Source of the DNA: Nitrospinota bacterium
GTDB taxonomy: Bacteria; UBA8248
Direction: 5' to 3'
Length of the DNA: 47,527 bases
Assembly (NCBI GenBank): GCA_046581755.1
Contig: JAYGFR010000131.1
Coordinates: 1-47,527, forward strand
The notes below the pieces were generated by a model. The model saw only the letters and a list, made by a program, of their open reading frames with translations, was not told where the DNA came from and made no database searches. The translations under genes were made by a program, and so were the position numbers. Shown here in pieces: positions 40,433-47,527 of this stretch (the first letter of the stretch is position 1; each line of letters begins with the position of its first letter).

Positions 40433-41467
40433 ATGGCGTTTGAACCTGTGCGTGCCGCCTCCATGGGCCTGGGCCGGTGGGCCAATGTGCTGGCGGATGC
40501 AGCCCTGCGTGGAGGCAAGATTGAGCTTGTTTCTTGTTTCAGCCGAACGCCCGAAAAACGGGCGGAATTCATGAGCCAGTATGGAACTCGTGAGGCTGAA
40601 AATTTCGAGGCGTTCCTGAAAGATGATGAAATCGAAGCCGTTATCCTGACGACGCCTAACTATAGCCATATGGAGCATATTGAGGCCCTCTCGGCCGCGG
40701 GCAAGCATGTTTATTGCGAAAAGCCTATCGCCCACACCATGGAGCATGCCAAAAAAGTCGTCGAAGCGGTCGAGAAGGCCGGGACGCGCCTCGCCATCGG
40801 TCACAGCGCCCGGCGGCTGTCCGTCTCCCGCCATCTCAAGGGGCTAATCGATTCTGGGGAGATGGGACATATTTCCATCAGCGAAAGCAATTTTTGCACG
40901 GAGCGCGGCCTCGAATTGACCCCTGACAAATGGCGTTCCAGCCCGGAGCTCAACCCGACGGGAGTCGCCATTCAGCTATCCATCCATCATATCGACACGT
41001 TCCGCTACCTGTATGGCCCGATTCGTTCCGTGATGGCGCGGATGAAGCGCATGTACGCGACCGCCGAGGTGGAAGACTCGGCAATGATCATCATGGAGCA
41101 TGAAAACGGCATTTTGTCCTATGTCGGCGCGGGTTGGGCCTGTCCGTGGGCATTTCACATGAACGTTCACGGTACGAAGGCCGTGGCGCACTTCCGAATC
41201 ACGGGCCAGCAATGGCGCGATCCCTCGCAGGCGCCCGAGCCCATCCGCCTGCACATCGACCGGGAGCCTCTGGGAGAGAAAACCGTCCTCGATATGCCGG
41301 AGGGAGATATGTTCCGGGACGCGCTAGAGGATTTCGCCGATTGTGTACGCGAGGATCGGAATCCGGAAGTGGATGGGCGGGTCGCGCTCGAAGATCTCGC
41401 CGTCGTATATGCCGCCGCGGAAAGTTCGCGCTTGGGCCGGATGGTTGAATTGAAGGATTTTCTTTAG
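40433..41467 (+). CDS. Gfo/Idh/MocA-family oxidoreductase
   Basis: MGLGRWA, TTPNYSH, GKHVYCEKP and IHHID motifs. Confidence 0.92.
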   Translation: MAFEPVRAASMGLGRWANVLADAALRGGKIELVSCFSRTPEKRAEFMSQYGTREAENFEAFLKDDEIEAVILTTPNYSHMEHIEALSAAGKHVYCEKPIAHTMEHAKKVVEAVEKAGTRLAIGHSARRLSVSRHLKGLIDSGEMGHISISESNFCTERGLELTPDKWRSSPELNPTGVAIQLSIHHIDTFRYLYGPIRSVMARMKRMYATAEVEDSAMIIMEHENGILSYVGAGWACPWAFHMNVHGTKAVAHFRITGQQWRDPSQAPEPIRLHIDREPLGEKTVLDMPEGDMFRDALEDFADCVREDRNPEVDGRVALEDLAVVYAAAESSRLGRMVELKDFL

Positions 41468-41527
41468 TCCGGCGCGGCGGGTCCGGATAGAGGAAAAACG
41501 GAAATCCAGATGGGCTAGGATCAGCGA

Positions 41528-41776
41528 ATGGCCGAACAAGAAACCGATAGAATCGTTCGCGCCTATCTCGAAATTCTCGAAAATGGCGAGGAAGGCCCTC
41601 ATTTCGCGTCCGAAAGTTGGTTGCCCGAAAATCGGGAACTGATTTCCGAGGCCCTGCTATCCGTATTGATCCGCTTGCCCGGTCATTCCGATTGGGAAAG
41701 GTGGAGAGCCGGATTCATCGAGCTAGAGCGGTACCTGAACGAAAGAAGACTGGGGTCTCGTGGAGGAGTTCAGTAA
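41528..41776 (+). CDS. Hypothetical protein
   Basis: 82-aa ORF with protein-like composition and AGGA upstream; no recognised motif. Confidence 0.5.
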   Translation: MAEQETDRIVRAYLEILENGEEGPHFASESWLPENRELISEALLSVLIRLPGHSDWERWRAGFIELERYLNERRLGSRGGVQ

Positions 41777-42267
41777 CAGGGCGGAGGAGGGCCCCGAAGC
41801 CATCCTCGCGATGGACAAAGAGCGAATGCAGGCGGCGAACGGCGTGACGCGTGCTGTGAGCCAGAGAAAGATCGCCCGCATGGAAAAGCTCAACGAATCC
41901 CGTCACGCGGGAGAACATGGAACCCGAAAGGTAATATCCATGCGGTTGTCCCGCCAGCCGCGAGGAGCAGCGGAGGGCGGGGGAACTTGCGGATCGGGAC
42001 CCTGAACCACCGCGCATTTCCTGTTGCACGCATTCCATTAAATCGTTGTATGTATAACCCTCTGGCTGGTGGGTTCGCCAGCGAATGGGGGCAAGCTGCG
42101 CCCCGGCGGAGGTCAATTTCAGGGGTTTGTGGGAGTTTACCGGGAAATTTTAGGCGCGAGTGCGCAGGAGGCAGCCGGATTCGGCTTCGGTTCGCCGCCT
42201 GATCTAGGTTTTCGGATTCCGCGGCGAGGCAAGGGGGCGGAGGAATTCTCACGTACCCCTGAAATCA

Positions 42268-42936
42268 TCAAGCGCCGCCGTGTGCTTTTGACCAGGTTTC
42301 CGGGTCGTCCAGGAATATTTTAATTTCCGAGGATTGCTTCGCGTCAAAATATCCTTTCGCCATGCCGACCTCCAGATTGGTTCTCCAGTCAGTGAGCGCG
42401 TGCAGGGTGATCCCGGCATCGGAGATGATTCGTTCGGCGTTGGGGTAAATTCCGTAGAAGAATACGACGATGGCGTGATCCACCTCGGCGCCGGCCTCCC
42501 GGATAGCATTGCAAAAATTCACCTTGCTCTTCCCGTCGGTGGCCAAATCCTCGACCAGGAGAACCTTTTTGCCGTCTTCGAGCTCCCCCTCGATCTGGCT
42601 CTTGCGGCCGAATCCTTTCTTTTGTTTCCGGACATACACCATGGGCTTGTAGTAGTAATCGGACAGCCAGGCAGCGAATGGGATGCCCGCCGTTTCGCCG
42701 CCCGCCGCCACATCGAACGAATCGCGCCCGATGGCCGTGTCGATTGCCTCGGCGGCGATCTGGATGATCTCCCGTCGCTGACGGGGCATGGAGATGATTT
42801 TCCGGCAGTCCACATATACAGGACTCGCCCATCCGGACGTGAATATAAAGGGCTCATTCAGGTTGCAATGGACCGCGTTGATTTCGAACAGGAGTTCGGA
42901 CACCCGGGATTTGCGCTCGATGAGATGAATGCTCAC
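42268..42936 (-). CDS. pyrE: Orotate phosphoribosyltransferase
   Basis: FTSGWASPVYVDCR, GGETAGIP, YVRKQKKGFG and VLLVEDLATDGKS motifs. Confidence 0.95.
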   Translation of the reverse strand: MSIHLIERKSRVSELLFEINAVHCNLNEPFIFTSGWASPVYVDCRKIISMPRQRREIIQIAAEAIDTAIGRDSFDVAAGGETAGIPFAAWLSDYYYKPMVYVRKQKKGFGRKSQIEGELEDGKKVLLVEDLATDGKSKVNFCNAIREAGAEVDHAIVVFFYGIYPNAERIISDAGITLHALTDWRTNLEVGMAKGYFDAKQSSEIKIFLDDPETWSKAHGGA

Positions 42937-43267
42937 GCCTGTTTACCTCTTTCTCGAAAAATGGAAAAAATGGAAGCTCCGTGGCCTATATTTCATTTCG
43001 GCAAACAGGACCGGGCCTATCGGGGATGCTTCTTTTTGTCGAAAATGGGCGGGCCGCCGGAGCGATCTGGGCAACCATAGATTTTTACCACTGCCGGGCC
43101 GCTTTCACAAAGATTGCCCGGCCATTTCCAGGGTTTGCGCCGGGAACCTTGTAGATTGCCGATTATGGCAGGATCCGGGGGCGGGGCGTTTGCGGGCCCT
43201 CTCGGAAGAGCCGGCGTCTCCCATGGCGGGGCGGATGGCGAGGAGATAACGGAGGAGGTTGGTTCCG

Positions 43268-44603
43268 ATGGATCTTATGAGATGTAGCAATTTCGTGTGT
43301 AAAAAGTTGATTTTCCTGGCCGCCCTTATCGGCGTTATTAGCCGGATATACCTTCCGGGCCCGGCCGCCGCCGAGGAGAGTTCCCCTTCATCGCTTGAGC
43401 GAATAGCCGCCGCCGATTCCGTTCTCGGAACGGCGCTGGAATTAATGGAAATTCCCAGTCCATCGGGCCATGAGAGCCGGATGGCCGCGCTGATTTTGGA
43501 GAAACTGCGAGGGCTGAGCATAATGGCCTGGAAGGATGATTTTGGAAATCTGATGGCCAAAATCCCCGCGAGCCCGGGATTGGAAAAGGTTCCGCCGTTG
43601 CTGCTTGCGGCGCACATGGACATGGTGCCAGGGGATAAGAAAAATCCCCTGAAACCTATCCGCCCCCGCCTTATTCGGTCGGGCGGCGTCGAATGGATCG
43701 CCAGCGACGGAACCACTACACTCGGGGCGGGCGATAAGGCAGGGGTGGCGGCGATCATCGATGTCCTCTCCCGCATCACGGGAAAAGGACCCGGTTTCGC
43801 CGTTCGGCACGGGACCATCGAGGTGGCCATCACCCGCGAGGAGGAAACGACTGTCCAGGGGGCCAAAAATTTAGAAACGGCCCGGATTCCTCGAAATATG
43901 CGCTTATATTGGACGGGGAAAAGGTGTTCGAGGTCGTGTGGGAACTCGCGGGTGCCACCGAAGTGACCATCCGATTGCATGGGGGCCGTGGTGGTCACTC
44001 GGGCATCGATATCCACCGGCCGGACAATGTCAATGCGTTAAAAGTAATGTCCGAACTCGATATGCTCATCCCGCAAGGTGTGGTGAAGCGGAACGAGCGG
44101 GGGGTCGTCACTTCCATTAATGCGGGCCTTGTCGAAGGAGGGGTGGCGATCAACGCCATCGCCCGGAGGCCCGGATTTCCTACCTGGTACGGACCACCGA
44201 GCGGGCGGCGGAGGAAACTCTCCTCCGGGAGATTCGAGCGGCGGTCTCTCGCGTGGAGCGGAAATACCGCCGCCTTCAGAAAAAATTTCGGATCGAAATG
44301 AATGTCAATCATATTCTTCCGCCCTGGTCGGCGAAATCCGAGTCTCCGTTTTTTAGGTGGGTCCAAAAGGCCGGGGAGAGACTTTCCGGGAAAAAAATTT
44401 CTCCTCTTTCCATTCACGCCGGCGCCGAGGCGAACATTTATGCCAATAAAAGAAACGCCAAAGGGGAGTTCATCGAGCCGCTTCTCCTGGGCGTCGCCAA
44501 TCTTCATGCGATTCATACCACGCGGGAGCGAATTGATTGGCGCTCTCTCATTCAGGGCCGGGACTGGGTTCTTGGGATCATCCGCTTGATGGCAGAATTG
44601 TGA
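43268..44603 (+). pseudogene. M20/M25/M40-family metallohydrolase with predicted signal peptide and two apparent 1-nt deletions (~43890 and ~44164)
   Basis: SPSGHE, AHMDMV, GAGDKAG, REEE, LILDG, GGHSG, NAIA and HAIHT motifs spread over three consecutive frames. Confidence 0.82.
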
Positions 44604-44649
44604 ATTGGTCCGTAAATGGGCCGTCAGCGGACCCGCAAAAGGGTGTGAA

Positions 44650-45756
44650 ATGACTATTGCCGCACGGGCCGATGTTGTTGGGAGTCTTCTCCGCCCCCCG
44701 GATCTTCTCAAGGCGCGAAAGGATTTCGAGGCGGGGTTCATTTCCGAGGCGGAATTCCGCGCGGCGGAAGACCGCGCCGTCGATGATGCGATCACCTTGC
44801 AGGAGGAGGCCGGCCTCACGGTCGTTACCGACGGCGAGATGCGCCGGTTATCGTTCCAAAGTCAGATGACAGAGGCCGTCGATGGGTTCGGTGCGTATGA
44901 TCTCGACGCCTTTCTCTGGGGCAATTGGCGCGGAAAGAATGAGGAATGGCGCATCGCGCGTCCCCCGTCGCTGGGAGCCACAGGAAAGCTGAGGCGGCGG
45001 CGCTATCTTTCCAAGGCGGAGTATGAATATCTTTGCCCCCGTACGCGCCAAACGCCCAAAATCACCTTGCCCAGCCCGAGTCTTTGGGTGAACTTTTGGT
45101 CCAGCGAACTCTCCGGTGCGGCCTACCCCACTCTCGACAGTTTCCTGACGGATGTGGTCGATATATTGCGGGACGAGGTGGCTGAGTTGGTCCGCATCGG
45201 GGCCGCCTATATTCAACTAGACGCGCCGCATTACACGGCACTGCTCGATCCCGGGGGCAGCGCTTTTTATGAAAGCCAGGGATGGACGAGGGACAAATGG
45301 CTGAGTCTGGGGATTGAGATGGACAATGCCGTCATGAGCGGATTCGGCGGCGTTACTTTCGGATTCCACCTCTGACGGGGGAACCAGGACAGCCGGTGGC
45401 TGGTAGAGGGCGGATACGACGCCATCGCGAAGTCGGTTTTCAAGGGGATTCGCGCAGAGCGCCTGTTGCTCGAGTACGACGATGCGCGTTCGGGGTCGTT
45501 TGATGCGCTAAGGGACGTTCCTGACGATAAAACGGTCGTCCTCGGTCTCATCACCACAAAAAGCCCCCGTCTGGAAACCCTCGAAGCGCTCAAGCGGCGC
45601 GTAGATGAAGCCGCCCGGTTTATGCCGCTGGAACGGCTGGCGATCTCCCCTCAGTGCGGGTTTTCCACATCCATCGTGGGAAACCGAATTTCCATAGAGG
45701 ATGAAAAGAGAAAGTTGGGGATCCTCGCCGAAGCGGCCGAAGCTATCTGGGGATAA
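44650..45756 (+). CDS. Cobalamin-independent methionine synthase II (MetE C-terminal-like) family protein, probable selenoprotein
   Basis: VVGSLLRP, TDGEMRR, YIQLDAP, GFHL-TGA(45373-45375)-RGN, LLEYDDARSG and SPQCGFS all in one frame. Confidence 0.88.
45390..45402 (+). promoter_or_regulatory. Candidate SECIS hairpin for the MetE-like UGA
   Basis: CAGCC-GGU-GGCUG stem-loop starting 14 nt after the UGA. Confidence 0.5.
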
Positions 45757-45806
45757 GCAAGAGGGCAAGCGCATTCCCCAGAAGCAAAAAACTGCCGCTT
45801 GGAGAA

Positions 45807-46529
45807 TTATTTCTGGGGTTTTCCGTTCCGTATTTCGTTTTGGCGGTGCTGGCGGTAAATGCTGCGGATGAGAGAGTAATAATCGAGGGCATCGCGCTTG
45901 AGTTGATCCAGCGTCTCGATATTGCGCGAGCGGAAATCCACCCCTTCGATTCCCCGAAGACCATATAAATAAATTTCATAATCATTGGCCGAGGCTGCAT
46001 AGGTCAATGGGTTAATAAAAGTGTCCACCGCCTTGCCCGAAGCGGCGCGCACCGTGGATGGCCCCAGAATGGGGAAGACCAAATAGGGGCCTTCTTCGAA
46101 TCCGAAGACGGCGAGTGTCTGGCCAAAGTCCTCGGTGTGGTAGGAATATCCCATGTCGAAAGCCACATCGAATAGGCCCGCTATTCCGAGAGTGGAGTTG
46201 ATCAAAAACCGCATTGTCGTTATATGGGCCCGCTTTCCCTCCCCTTGCAGCAGGTCGTTGGCCAGGATTACGGGCGCCTTTAGGTTCCGAAGAAAATTTC
46301 GCACCGAATCGCGGGCGGGCGCGGGAAGAATCGCCCTGTAGGCCTCGGCCAGGGGCCGGCCGATGATATCGTCCAAAAATAGGTTGAAATCGAATACGGC
46401 GCGGTTCCATGGTTCAATCGGGTCGCTCACCTCATCGCCCGGACCGGGACCCTTGCCATTTCCCGCCTGAGTGGAAGCGCATCCAGCGATTAGCGTGAGA
46501 GCGAGAAGAACCGCCCCCAGCCGTTGCAA
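45807..46529 (-). CDS. mlaA: VacJ/MlaA family lipoprotein
   Basis: Lipobox IAGC, DPIEPWNRAVFDFN, RFLINSTLG, EDFGQTL and PILGPST motifs. Start codon uncertain. Confidence 0.92.
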   Translation of the reverse strand: MQRLGAVLLALTLIAGCASTQAGNGKGPGPGDEVSDPIEPWNRAVFDFNLFLDDIIGRPLAEAYRAILPAPARDSVRNFLRNLKAPVILANDLLQGEGKRAHITTMRFLINSTLGIAGLFDVAFDMGYSYHTEDFGQTLAVFGFEEGPYLVFPILGPSTVRAASGKAVDTFINPLTYAASANDYEIYLYGLRGIEGVDFRSRNIETLDQLKRDALDYYSLIRSIYRQHRQNEIRNGKPQK

Positions 46530-47527
46530 GGGGCGGTAATTCCGCCGGACAAAAATAGATGGCGCCTGAATCAATTTGAAGTCTCCAGTGTCGTTGAATA
46601 CAAACGAGTCGAAATTTCTGCGACATAAACAGAATCTGGTACGGTTCGCCGGCGAAAACCGCTTCTTCTGCAATACATTCGAGCTGCGAATGCTGAGTGA
46701 TCCAATCTTGCCGCGCCGTCGACCCGAAACTGCGGATAGCCTCACCGGCACCGGAACACTAGCACGAAGTCATGACCGAGACCATTCAAGAGCAAATTGT
46801 GCAAAGAGTCAATTTTCCCCTTGGGTGGTTGTACGATCAGGGGCCTCCCGTTGCTCGGATGGGTGTCGATTTCGGGTCGGTGCGAGATATCCTTTCATTT
46901 CGCGCCTCCGGTGGTTCTGTAAAATAACCATTAACGGCTCCTTCCGTATTCGTGATGGGCTGTTGGATTCGTATTTTCACTCCCACCGGGCTCCCCGGAA
47001 TGAATGGTTGCCATTAAAATTTCGGAACTAAAGCAATCCATTTGCAGAGGTTGCCGCGGCAAATAATCCATTCCCTGGATAAATTCCCCGATTTTGGCCG
47101 CTCAGTTCGGAAGGGGGGCGGAACGTATGGATGAAAGAGAATGGCTAATGCACCTCAATATTACAAGCTATTTAATAACAAATACTTACCCACCATTGAC
47201 TTAGTCCCTTGTTGTCTAAATTTAATTATTATCAGAATAATAGTGATTGAAGTCCAATATGGTTGATCGAATTGAAGGTTCATCCGCTGGAGTCAGTTCT
47301 TATGCGCATCCCCTCAGTCGAACCCTCAGCCCGTGCCAACGCCCCAAATAGAGGTAAAATCGAGCCTCAGGCCACCGAGGAGAGGAGGCTCGTCCCTGGT
47401 CCGAAATGCAGGTTTGCGGCAAACTGGATAGTCCGATGGCCGCCGTTCGTCCGGACATCACCTGACTGCTTCAGCGGATTATTAAAATCGCTCTGTGGTC
47501 CAGACGCCGCCATGCATAGACCATGTC

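Noticed and set aside
41760..42260. Small ORF 41760..42005 or a tRNA/6S-like RNA in the gap before pyrE
   Set aside because: No recognisable motif, and the isolated hairpin GCTGGTG-GGTT-CGCCAGC does not form a cloverleaf or 6S fold

Overview
GC-rich bacterial chromosome segment of mostly core genes. The gene order resembles Deltaproteobacteria/Nitrospinota-type genomes (inference only). A long minus-strand run mreB-mreC-mreD-mrdA-rodA-radical SAM-rng-cpoB-dprA-smg-topA-trmFO-xerC-hslV-hslU is separated from argB-argD-argF-argG by a fragmented TPR locus flanked by two unexplained repeat arrays. The right half holds ppiD, thiD, a sulfur-carrier (ubiquitin-like) cysteine synthesis operon, a sugar dehydrogenase, a decayed GAF sensor, pyrE, an M20 peptidase, a MetE-like gene and mlaA. 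Three observations stand out. (1) The cysteine operon has two complementary ThiF/MoeB proteins: one keeps only the N-terminal RYSR arginine finger, the other keeps all other catalytic motifs but lacks it, suggesting a heterodimeric E1 like eukaryotic NAE1/UBA3 or SAE1/SAE2. (2) Two genes split by the ORF caller are probable selenoproteins with an in-frame TGA at a catalytic Cys position and similarly placed downstream hairpins: a TlpA-like redoxin (UPYC) and a MetE-like enzyme (HLU zinc ligand). (3) Several single-base frameshifts in short G/C runs may be sequencing errors. All family calls are by motif recognition; no database searches were run.
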